The notes: a model not told the origin generated them from the sequence alone. A stretch of 20,000 bases of DNA from an uncultured virus (IMG/VR IMGVR_UViG_3300025530_000290) (IMGVR_UViG_3300025530_000290); one strand, 5' to 3'. Positions 9,282 to 17,375 are shown, numbered from the stretch's first letter. Program-made: numbers and translations.

Positions 9282-10298
9282 TTAGTGCGTCAGCCGGGCG
9301 AGCATGCGCATCCGGTCACGCTGCGCCGCGACCATCTCCGCGGCCGCCACCCACCGCTCCAGATCCGGCGCCGGATCCAGCTCCGCCGACCGCGCCTTCG
9401 CCTTCTTGGAGGCGGTGCCGTAGGCGCGCGGCGTCAGCAGCCGGCGGATCTCCCGCTCCCAGCCGTCCAAATCGTCGCGGTCCACAAAGATCCCGGCCTC
9501 ACCGAGGGACTCGCACAGGCCCGGGGTGGGGTGCGCGATCACCGGGATACCGGAGGCCATCGCCTCCACCCCGACCCGCCCCCACGACTCATACTCCGAC
9601 GGCATGAGCAGGATCTTGGTGCGGGCATACACCTCATCCCGCATCCGCTGGCCCGGCACGTTCGGCACGACCTCCACGTTCGGCAGCTCCCGCACGTCCT
9701 GCGGGCCGTAGCCGCCGATCACCGCCAAAAACTTCACGTCCGGCATCCGCTCGGCCAGCTGCCAGAACGTCCCCGACCCCTTCGGCGGGTAGAGGTTGAT
9801 CAGCGTGACGCGGTCACCCGGCTTGGTGGCGTACTCCTCGGCGAGCACCGGCGGGCGCACCACCACCGCATCCGGCCGCGGCGCACGCACCGAATCCAGC
9901 CACGCCTCAAACTCGGCGCGCATCCACTCCGAGTTGTAAACCGCCAGCGCACACGGGCCCCGGCGCACCCAGTTCCTCGTCTGGTCGAACGTGTTGTGCA
10001 GCACCTGGATGAGCGGCACACCATGCAGCCGGCTGATCACCATGGCCCGGCGCGTGCACTCCAGATGCGTCACCAGCGCATCCGCCGCGTTCAAGAACCG
10101 GAACAGGTCCCCCTTGCCGGTGTACGGGTGCACACGCACCCCGTCCAGCTCGTACGGCCCATCCTGCAGCCGTGACGACAACACCACGTCCACCTCGTGG
10201 CCGCGCTCCACCGCGGCTCGCAACATCGTGTGGACCATCCACTCCGCGCCCGCGTTATGGTGCGGCGGATACGCGTGGAGCATGGCCAACAGGCGCAC
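9282..10298 (-). CDS. Glycosyltransferase 1, GT-B fold, GT4-like (~338 aa)
   Basis: Probable GTG start at 10298 (MRLLAMLHAYPPHHNAGAE), 7 nt after GGAG. It has the same E-x7-E motif PSEYESWGRVGVEAMASGIPVIA and is a clear paralogue of 7659..8648. Confidence 0.92.
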   Translation of the reverse strand: MRLLAMLHAYPPHHNAGAEWMVHTMLRAAVERGHEVDVVLSSRLQDGPYELDGVRVHPYTGKGDLFRFLNAADALVTHLECTRRAMVISRLHGVPLIQVLHNTFDQTRNWVRRGPCALAVYNSEWMRAEFEAWLDSVRAPRPDAVVVRPPVLAEEYATKPGDRVTLINLYPPKGSGTFWQLAERMPDVKFLAVIGGYGPQDVRELPNVEVVPNVPGQRMRDEVYARTKILLMPSEYESWGRVGVEAMASGIPVIAHPTPGLCESLGEAGIFVDRDDLDGWEREIRRLLTPRAYGTASKKAKARSAELDPAPDLERWVAAAEMVAAQRDRMRMLARLTH

Positions 10299-10422
10299 CA
10301 CACAACTCCAATCCAGGAGACACCAACAACCAGCCAGGGCCCCGCGGCCGGCACCGGCACCCACGCATCACGCCACCAGCGCCGGCACCGGCCGCCAACA
10401 CCCACGCCGCAACCAGGCGGGA

Positions 10423-11373
10423 TCAGCTACCAGCCGTCGACGCCTGAACCACACCGAACGGGAACCGAGTGTTACCGTCCATGTTCAGCCGCGTCACCGG
10501 GTTGCTCGTCGCATACGCGATCCGCATCGTCACCCGCAGCGCAACCGAGTCCTGCTGCATCAGGTTGAGGACGACCTTGCCCTCACCGTCGCTGATCACA
10601 CCCTCGGTGAACATCTTCCACGTGATGTCCTGCCGGAGTCCGATGATGCACTTCGTCCAGTCACCGGCGATCAGCTCAGCCTCAGACGAGTCCCAGGACC
10701 CGTTCGACACCTCGGTCACCGGGTAGCCGTACAGCATGCCGCCACCACCCGACTGCAGGTCAGGCTGGTAGATCGGCACACCATCCTGCGACCGCAGCCC
10801 GACTAGCCGCCACTTCAACCCCGGCCGCGCGGCAAAACCGGTGATCTGGAACCCGTCGGTGGCGATCAGCTCACCCAGCGACGCGACATCCTGCGCAAAG
10901 TCGGTGCCGGTGCCGACCACCACCGTGTTACCGGCTGCCACAGCAGACGAGTAGATGTCCGCCGGCCAGCTCGACGGCTTGTCCACACCAAAAAGACCCG
11001 CGGCGTCGATCTTGTAGCCGAGGGCCTCCACGATCCGCGGACGCACCTCATCCCAGATCGGCACCTGCGCGTCATCCAGGTACGCCTCCGGGATCGGCAC
11101 AATGACGGCGAGCTCCTCGGCGACCAGCATCACGTTCTTCCAGTCCACCGCGCTGGTCTGCTTCATCCCGGAATCGCCGCTCACCCAGTACGCCGTCGGC
11201 AGCACGTCAAGAACCGGCTGCCGCTGCGTCTTGGTGGACATCCGGACCTGCGCGGCCCGCTGCAGCAGGAAGGACTGCGACGGCAGCTCCTGGATGATCT
11301 GAGCCGACACCGGCTCAGGAATAAGGGGATCGTCGCTGACGTCCCGCGTGATCATGTCGCTGTAGGTAGGCAC
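10423..11373 (-). CDS. Major capsid protein (HK97 fold), 316 aa
   Basis: Motifs LIPEPVS..II, AYWV, EELAVIVPIPE, GDW and NLMQQD.VALRV. GTG start follows AAGGGAG, and the gene lies downstream of the scaffold. Confidence 0.95.
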   Translation of the reverse strand: MPTYSDMITRDVSDDPLIPEPVSAQIIQELPSQSFLLQRAAQVRMSTKTQRQPVLDVLPTAYWVSGDSGMKQTSAVDWKNVMLVAEELAVIVPIPEAYLDDAQVPIWDEVRPRIVEALGYKIDAAGLFGVDKPSSWPADIYSSAVAAGNTVVVGTGTDFAQDVASLGELIATDGFQITGFAARPGLKWRLVGLRSQDGVPIYQPDLQSGGGGMLYGYPVTEVSNGSWDSSEAELIAGDWTKCIIGLRQDITWKMFTEGVISDGEGKVVLNLMQQDSVALRVTMRIAYATSNPVTRLNMDGNTRFPFGVVQASTAGS

Positions 11374-11452
11374 GGGGCACTCCCTTCAATGCACACAGCA
11401 GCGGCCCCGGGCCCCGTGCAAGGAACCGGCGCTGCTCAACCAACAAGGGGAA

Positions 11453-12292
11453 CTAGCGGCGACCACCCATCAAGAACTGGCGGAACGCCTCATTCGGGTC
11501 CGGGTCCTCCGATGCCGGCATCGCACCAGGCCGCAGCGACTCCACCGGCCACCCGCCACGAGCACGGGCACGCTCCGCGGCCTGCTGCTTCCGCTCCTGC
11601 TCGAGCTCGGCAAGCCGCTCCGCAACCCGCTTCTCAACCAGCGGCTCCAGCCGACGCTCAACCTCGGCGTCGATCCCCTCGGCCAGCGCCTCCGCCGCCT
11701 CGAGGATCTCCTCCTCGGTCTCGCCGGCGAGCCGCTCCACCAGGCTCGCGGGCACCGAATGCGCCGACGCCGCCAGCAGCCTCGCCTTGGCGAGCTCCGC
11801 CTCCCGGGCGCGCCGCTCCACCTCCGCCAGGCGCTCGGCGAGCCGCTCGGCCTCGCTTTTCTGCGCGTCCTCGATCTCGCGCAGCCGCTCGGCCATCTCC
11901 TTGACCTGCTCCGGCCGGAACCGGCCGAAGGCCCTGACGGCCTTCTCGTGCTTCTTCGCCTGCGCACGCCAATACGCCGCCTGCTGCTCAGGCGTCATGT
12001 CCTTGACCGGCGTGTTCAGCGGGTACCCATCAGGGCCCACCTCGGCCTCGGCGGGCGGCTCGTCAGGCTCCTTGCCGCCGGGCTCGGCGTCCGGCACACG
12101 GTCAGACTGCCGCCCCCGGCCAGACCGGCGCACAGAACGCTCCGGCCGCCCCTCGCCGGCCTCACCATCACCCTCAGACTCGGCAGCCACCGCTGCGGCA
12201 AGCATCGCCTCCGCCGCAGCATCCTCGTCGGAGCCAGCCACAGCCTCCGGCACCTCGGCGGCAGGGGACTCGGACACCACAGATTCAGACAC
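11453..12292 (-). CDS. Capsid scaffolding protein (~279 aa)
   Basis: Probable GTG start at 12292 (MSESVVSE) after GGGAG. It has an acidic disordered N-terminus, the motif DMTPEQQAAYWR..AKKHE and a KSEAERL coiled coil, and lies immediately upstream of the capsid gene. Confidence 0.88.
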   Translation of the reverse strand: MSESVVSESPAAEVPEAVAGSDEDAAAEAMLAAAVAAESEGDGEAGEGRPERSVRRSGRGRQSDRVPDAEPGGKEPDEPPAEAEVGPDGYPLNTPVKDMTPEQQAAYWRAQAKKHEKAVRAFGRFRPEQVKEMAERLREIEDAQKSEAERLAERLAEVERRAREAELAKARLLAASAHSVPASLVERLAGETEEEILEAAEALAEGIDAEVERRLEPLVEKRVAERLAELEQERKQQAAERARARGGWPVESLRPGAMPASEDPDPNEAFRQFLMGGRR

Positions 12293-12342
12293 GTCAACTC
12301 CCATGCCGGGACCACGGCCGGGGCCCTGACGGCCCAGGCCAA

Positions 12343-12380
12343 CAACACAAAAGGCCGGCAGCCATGACGGCCAACCGGCC
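12343..12380 (-). terminator. Terminator/attenuator-like hairpin in the scaffold leader
   Basis: The minus strand reads GGCCGG-TTG-GCC-GTCAT-GGC-TG-CCGGCC followed by TTTTGTGTTG. Confidence 0.5.
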
Positions 12381-12384
12381 CACA

Positions 12385-12555
12385 AGGGGGCAAGAAAGCC
12401 TCAGTTGACTTCCTCCCCACGCCTGAAGGCGGGGGATTCCCGTGGCTGAGGCGCGTTCACGCTGCCTCTACCTTGGGTGGTTGGCGCTTCACAGACCGCC
12501 CAACGGCGAGGTCTCCACGCCCTGTCACCGCCAGCCCGGCGGCGAGGATGTTCAT
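12385..12555 (-). ncRNA. Predicted omegaRNA (reRNA) of the mini-element; guide ~CUGAGGCUUUCUUGCCCCCU
   Basis: omegaRNA scaffolds are known to overlap the tnpB 3' end and right end, with the guide read from the flank beyond TCAA. The 5' and 3' boundaries given here are approximate. Confidence 0.6.
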
Positions 12556-12602
12556 GGGCTAACCCCACGGCTGAAGCCGGGGGTCTGCGCCCAAGAATTT
12601 CG
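12405..12602 (-). mobile_element. Non-autonomous IS200/IS605-family mini-element (198 bp; left end + omegaRNA region + right end)
   Basis: The left end reads TGAT|CGAAATTCTTGGGCG-CAGA-CCCCCGGCTTCAGCCGTGGGG and the right end GAAT-CCCCCGCCTTCAGGCGTGGGG-AGGAAG-TCAA|. Both align with the ends of the full element at 17985-19718. Positions 12534-12553 are identical over 20 nt to 18129-18148 (tnpB NILAAG codons). Confidence 0.9.
12457..12555 (-). pseudogene. tnpB: Remnant of the tnpB 3' end (NILAAGLAVTGRGDLAVGRSVKRQPPKVEAA*)
   Basis: The translation matches the post-RuvC tail of TnpB proteins and the NILAAG of the intact copy in this window. Confidence 0.8.
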
Positions 12603-12603
12603 A

Positions 12604-12873
12604 TCAGCGCTCGAGCGTGCCGTCCGCCTTCCACGTCGGCGGAATCAGCTCCCCGAGCCCTAGCTCACGCGCACGCCGCATGATGAACCGGCGCACCCGA
12701 GCGCGCGCCTCCTCGGTGTTCGGCCGCACCCGGCCCACCGCGCGAATCGCGTTCAGCAGATCCTCACGGTTCGCGATCGGGAACCGGCCCGGCCGCGGAT
12801 CGTCCCTGCCGGTGCGCATCGCCTTGCCCTCGCGGACCAGGCGGCGCATCTCCTCCGCGGTACGGTCAGCCAT
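12604..12873 (-). CDS. Small basic head-module protein (89 aa), unknown function
   Basis: ATG follows GGAG and the ORF packs tightly behind the MuF-like gene. The GRFPIANREDLLNAIRAVGR...RRARELG...LIP..W pattern resembles one I recall from actinophage head modules (not verified). Confidence 0.8.
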   Translation of the reverse strand: MADRTAEEMRRLVREGKAMRTGRDDPRPGRFPIANREDLLNAIRAVGRVRPNTEEARARVRRFIMRRARELGLGELIPPTWKADGTLER

Positions 12874-12876
12874 CCG

Positions 12877-13611
12877 TCACTCCTCCGACTGGTCGCGGCC
12901 CTCCCAATAGCGACGCCACACCCGCCGAGCCTCAGCACCCGAATAACCAGCCGTCACACGCCGCCACTGCTCATACAGGTCCCGGGAATGGCCCAGCCAC
13001 GCCTCGTCCCGCGACCAGACAGGCGCCGCCACGCAAGCACAATGCGGATGGCTCTGGAACTTCGCCGTGGCCTCGCTGTACACCGGCCCGCGACTGATCA
13101 GCATCGCGCAGAACGCGCACGGGTTCGCATCCCCGATCCGGGCCCACCCGATCGCCTCCCGGTCCTCATCGACCGCGCCGAGGATGGTCTGCCGGCCCGC
13201 GTCGAGGACGATGCGCTCCATGCTCCCGGCCAGCGCGACCCCGGCGTTCTGCCGAGCCTGATGCTCAGGCAGATCGGCGGACAGAGAACGGCCATACGTG
13301 CGCGCGCCGGCGATCTGCGCTGTGGTCTCGATCCACTCCCGCGGCGCCTCAGGAGCAGGCGACGGCACGAACAGGCCCGGAACCCGCGCCTCGGCGCGTG
13401 ACTCGAGGTAGTAGTTCGTCGCCAACCGGGTCGACTCGCGGCGGAAGCTCGAGATCAGCGCCACCAGCGCGGCGATCAGCGCTTCCCACACGTTCGGGGA
13501 CCGCGGCTGGTAGGAGTCCAGCCACAGCCGCAGCACGTCACGGGTCACCCGAGCCGCCAGACGCGCCTGCGCGGCACGGTACTGCTCAGCGAGCTGGTTC
13601 TGCGACGGCAT
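12877..13611 (-). CDS. MuF-like minor head protein (often annotated capsid maturation protease in actinophages), ~244 aa
   Basis: ATG at 13611 (MPSQNQLAEQY) follows GGAGG. It has the WAR...CAFCAML.SRG..Y...HPHCAC signature and lies after the portal gene. Confidence 0.85.
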   Translation of the reverse strand: MPSQNQLAEQYRAAQARLAARVTRDVLRLWLDSYQPRSPNVWEALIAALVALISSFRRESTRLATNYYLESRAEARVPGLFVPSPAPEAPREWIETTAQIAGARTYGRSLSADLPEHQARQNAGVALAGSMERIVLDAGRQTILGAVDEDREAIGWARIGDANPCAFCAMLISRGPVYSEATAKFQSHPHCACVAAPVWSRDEAWLGHSRDLYEQWRRVTAGYSGAEARRVWRRYWEGRDQSEE

Positions 13612-15043
13612 CCGCAGCCTCCAAAACCCGCTCGCCGCCACCCTCGGCGGCCCCGGCGGACTCACCATCCGGCTGCTCCGGCACGCCAGATCCACCCAGC
13701 TGCCGGTCCAGCATCTGGTTCAGCTGCTCCATCGCATCCGCGTCCCGCCGAGCACGCTCCGCGGCCGCCTTCCACCGCTCCACATCCGTCTGCGTGACCC
13801 CCGGGATCCGCTCCCACAGCTCCTGAGGCGGCACCTGCAGCATCTGCACGAGCTTCCCGAGCGCATCCACCGTCGAGCTGAGCGACCGGGCCTCCGTGTC
13901 ACGCCACACAACCTGCGCCGCCGTGTCCTCCCAGCCCTTGCGGTCCCCCGCGGCCAGCGACGCCAGCCGCAGCATCTGCTCGTGCGACTCGCCGAACGAG
14001 CTCTTGCGCTCGGCGATCTTCCGCTGCAGACCAGACTCGGCCGCGGCAAGCGCCTCAGCCGACAGATTCGCCATCTGGCCGAGCAGGTGATGCGGCGGCG
14101 TCTGCGACACCGTGGCGATGTTGCGGATCGTCGCCTCAATCGACTGCAGATAGCCGGACAAATCGGTCTGGGAAAACTCGCCGAACTTGACGTCGGCGTC
14201 CTCGGCGACCCACAACCGGTCCACCGCGGCCTGGAACGGCGCCCGCGGCGACCCGTCCTCATCCGTCACCACCATGCCGGCGATCCACCGCTGCCGGAAC
14301 GCCGCATACTGCTGCGCCATCAGCAGATTGAACGTCGTGGCGTTGAGCTGGTCCTGCATCTCGAACAGCGGTTCGACCTCGCCACGGACACAATCGTCAC
14401 CGTCGAGGTCGTCACCGTTGAGGTAGCGGACCACCGGGCACACACCCAGCCCGTGCTCCTCCGCCGTGACCAGGCGCAGCTTCCCCGCCTCGGTCTCCCG
14501 CGCCTCCATGTCGTACCGGTGCGTGGCATCGTAGAGCCGCACCGACTTGACCTTCCCCTTCAGCGTGTTCCGGGAGGTCACCTCAAGCGCGAACTCCGGC
14601 CACTCGTCATCCACCGGGTCGGCGTAGAACGCGGTCAACCGGCGCGGCGACTTGGGCTTGATCACCGGCACCGGCTCACCCGGCAACACCACCGCATACG
14701 CCACCCCGTATTTGAGCGCGGCACGGTGCAGCCCATGCTGCCGGGCATCCATCCGGTTCGCCTGCCAAATCTCCCACGCCCTGGCGTTCTGCGACGAGCC
14801 CGCCGGCCGATACCCGTCCACATACAGCGCCTGCGCCACCACCGTGACCACCAGCGGCAGGATGTTGACGCGGGCCCGCCGGATCAGCCACTTGTACTCC
14901 TGGCGGGCACCCTTCGGCACATAGACGCTCGACGCCTCGCCCTTCATGTAGGCGGAGATCTTCTTCAGCCGCGCCTGCTCACCCTCACGCAGCTCCAGCA
15001 GCTTCGCCGCCGCATCCAACGCCTCACTCTTGGAGAGCGTCAC
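13586..15043 (-). CDS. Portal protein (SPP1 gp6-like), ~485 aa
   Basis: GTG at 15043 follows GGAGGGGG. Motifs include WEIWQANRMDARQ, HGLGVCPVV, AFRQRWIAG and NLSAEALAAAE. It lies after terL. Confidence 0.95.
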   Translation of the reverse strand: MTLSKSEALDAAAKLLELREGEQARLKKISAYMKGEASSVYVPKGARQEYKWLIRRARVNILPLVVTVVAQALYVDGYRPAGSSQNARAWEIWQANRMDARQHGLHRAALKYGVAYAVVLPGEPVPVIKPKSPRRLTAFYADPVDDEWPEFALEVTSRNTLKGKVKSVRLYDATHRYDMEARETEAGKLRLVTAEEHGLGVCPVVRYLNGDDLDGDDCVRGEVEPLFEMQDQLNATTFNLLMAQQYAAFRQRWIAGMVVTDEDGSPRAPFQAAVDRLWVAEDADVKFGEFSQTDLSGYLQSIEATIRNIATVSQTPPHHLLGQMANLSAEALAAAESGLQRKIAERKSSFGESHEQMLRLASLAAGDRKGWEDTAAQVVWRDTEARSLSSTVDALGKLVQMLQVPPQELWERIPGVTQTDVERWKAAAERARRDADAMEQLNQMLDRQLGGSGVPEQPDGESAGAAEGGGERVLEAADAVAEPAR

Positions 15044-15066
15044 AACCAGCCCCCCTCCAAGAGACC

Positions 15067-16821
15067 TCAGCTGAACCCGAACACCCGGCCCGACCGGGGC
15101 TTCGCCTTCGACTGCCTGGACCACTCCGCCGACCCCAGCAGCTTCCGCCGCACCATCCGCGCACCGACCATCGCCACCGCGGCGTCGATCTTCCGCTGCG
15201 ACTCGCGATGCTCCTTGCCGATCGACACGCCCCACTTGTTCGGGCGGCGCCGCGCATTCACCACGTGCTGCCGCAAAACCCGGTTCCCGTCATGCGTCAG
15301 CAGACGGTCCCGGATATCCGTCCAGGAACGCTCACACGCCTCGGTGAACTCCTGCTGATGCGCTGGCGTCCGCATGTCCCACACGATCGGGTGCGGGCTC
15401 CGCGACCCCCGCGGCGCCGCATGAATCAGCAGGCCCGCGCCGTGCCGCTCGGCCCACGCATCCAGCAGCGCATCCCAATACCGCTCGCCGGTCTCATCCT
15501 CGCCACCGCCAGGGTCGGCGAAGAACCCCACCACCGACCACTCGGCGCACGCGCGGTCCACCCGCGCGTCAACCAGCTCCCGCGGCACCGACCACGGCAC
15601 CTTGGAGTCCAAGCCGGGCGGGCGCTGCCAGCAGTCGATCAGGAACACATGCCCGTCGGACACGCAGCAGCCGACCAGCACCGTCGCATCATCCGACTTG
15701 GAGCCGTCGAAAAACAGCGTGATCTTCTCGCCGGGCTCCACCAGCCGGTCCTTACGCTCGCACGCATCCCACTCGTACGGCGCGACCCACGCGTCCTCGG
15801 CGGCGACGATCTGGTTGTACCAAAACCGTCGCGACCGGCTCGGCGGATTCCGCGGGTCCAAGATCGACTGGACGATGCCGTTGACATCCAGCCAGTGCGA
15901 ATCCCCCCGCACCAGCTCGACCACCCGCGGCGCGGCCTCCGCAGACAGCGGAGCCTCCGCCGGCGCCTCAAGCGAGTCATACAGCAGACCCGTGTCCCGG
16001 GCCCGGCCCGCCGCCATCAGCTCATACGCCTCACGTGCCCGCTCCGCCACCGAGTCCTCACCCGGCATGTACGCGTTCGTGATCGCCAGCGCGCGCGCCA
16101 TACCGTCCGACGACTTGGTCGCGTTACGCTCGATCACCGCGTCCATCTCATGGCCGCCGTTGGTGGCGAGCCAGTGATGCGTCTCGTTCTTGATCGTGAA
16201 CGTCGGCCGGCCACCCTCGAGCGCACGCGGCGACGACGACACCGCCTCAATCCGCCGGGCACCCTTGAACGCGTAGATGATCTCCTTGCCGAGGTCGATC
16301 TGGTACCGCTCAAGCGCCGCCTTGGTGAAGATCCCCGGAAAGATCGTCATCGTGTTCCGGTTCTGATCTTTGCTCACCGCGGCGATCTGAATCCACGCCT
16401 CCGGATGCGGCACACCAGCCGGATGCTCATTCCCCCACGGGTCCCGAACCGTCCGCCCCGACGAGTCCAGCCGGCACGGCCCCACCAGCTCCGTCGCCGC
16501 CAGCGTCGCGACCAGCGGGTCCTTGCCCCAGCCCTTGATCCGCTGCAGCACGCCATCCCGGAACAGCCACCGGCCATCCTCGTCAACCGCGTACCACCAC
16601 AGCACAAACCGCAGCTGCTCAGGCGTGTACCGCCACGGCCGGCCCGAGGGATGCTGCAACGCCTCGGCCTGCCACATCACGATGCTCCACCCGAGCGTGC
16701 GCTCCGGCAGATACCAGCCGCTCGGATGATCCGGGTCCCGCCGCCACGTCGGGCCGATCCGCACCGGCTCCAACGCGTCAAGATCAACAGTCGTCGTGTT
16801 GTCAGCCGCCGAGAGCGTCAC
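15067..16821 (-). CDS. terL: Terminase large subunit (~584 aa; start approximate)
   Basis: Walker A QRIKGWGKD, Walker B-like FTIKNETHHW, nuclease motif FFDGSKSDDAT and C-terminal KIDAAVA. Confidence 0.95.
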   Translation of the reverse strand: MTLSAADNTTTVDLDALEPVRIGPTWRRDPDHPSGWYLPERTLGWSIVMWQAEALQHPSGRPWRYTPEQLRFVLWWYAVDEDGRWLFRDGVLQRIKGWGKDPLVATLAATELVGPCRLDSSGRTVRDPWGNEHPAGVPHPEAWIQIAAVSKDQNRNTMTIFPGIFTKAALERYQIDLGKEIIYAFKGARRIEAVSSSPRALEGGRPTFTIKNETHHWLATNGGHEMDAVIERNATKSSDGMARALAITNAYMPGEDSVAERAREAYELMAAGRARDTGLLYDSLEAPAEAPLSAEAAPRVVELVRGDSHWLDVNGIVQSILDPRNPPSRSRRFWYNQIVAAEDAWVAPYEWDACERKDRLVEPGEKITLFFDGSKSDDATVLVGCCVSDGHVFLIDCWQRPPGLDSKVPWSVPRELVDARVDRACAEWSVVGFFADPGGGEDETGERYWDALLDAWAERHGAGLLIHAAPRGSRSPHPIVWDMRTPAHQQEFTEACERSWTDIRDRLLTHDGNRVLRQHVVNARRRPNKWGVSIGKEHRESQRKIDAAVAMVGARMVRRKLLGSAEWSRQSKAKPRSGRVFGFS

Positions 16822-17233
16822 GGTAATCGTCCAACGCGAGCACGCTGGCCGGCTTCCCGTCCTCAACACCATGCCGCTCGAGCTCGAGCCGCGCACGACG
16901 CCGCGCACCCTCCGTCGTCAGCAGCTCGGTCATCGCTGAGGAGACGGCGGCAAACAGCTGCGCCGAAAACCGGGGCGCCTGCAGCCCGCGCGACATGGCC
17001 TCCGCCACATACACCGCGGTCGCCACATCGGACGGCTCGTAGAAGACCGCCTGACCCGACACCTGCAGCGACTCGTACCACTCGCGCGCGATCGGGTGCC
17101 AGTCCTCGTGGGCCGGCGGGAACTCCACAACGGCCACACCGGCAGAAACCTTGGTCACCTCGCCGCCTTCCGGCTTGTTCCGGCGGCGGCGCTCCTCGCT
17201 CCGCTTGGGGACAGGGCCCCTCGGACGTGCCAT
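16802..17233 (-). CDS. terS: Terminase small subunit (143 aa)
   Basis: ATG at 17233 follows GGAGG. Motifs RGPVPKRS..RRRRNK, WHPIA..WY.SL..SGQ..FYEPSD and LLTTEG.RRR.RLEL match actinophage TerS. It overlaps terL. Confidence 0.9.
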   Translation of the reverse strand: MARPRGPVPKRSEERRRRNKPEGGEVTKVSAGVAVVEFPPAHEDWHPIAREWYESLQVSGQAVFYEPSDVATAVYVAEAMSRGLQAPRFSAQLFAAVSSAMTELLTTEGARRRARLELERHGVEDGKPASVLALDDYRDALGG

Positions 17234-17375
17234 CGATTCCTCCCATGTCGGGACGTCCGCGTACCCCATGCCGGGGCACAGCGGTTCAAGATCAAAGTCC
17301 TGCGTGAGGCAGGGGTGAGCTCGGCGCGCGGCATGCCACCTCACGCCGATTACGCAGCGTGTCGCGACCTCACAA

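Noticed and set aside
10298..10425. Possible readthrough fusion of capsid to GT1
   Set aside because: The two genes are in different frames, no slippery site is evident, and GT1 has its own RBS.
12401..12634. 77-aa minus-strand ORF and 68-73-aa plus-strand ORFs over the mini-element
   Set aside because: They cross the transposon ends and hairpins. The region is explained by the IS remnant.
16170..16205. TerL Walker B reads KNETHHW, with Asn in place of the usual Asp, considered as possible inactivation
   Set aside because: I recall NE-type Walker B variants in actinophage terminases of this group, and all other motifs are intact, so there is no evidence of decay.
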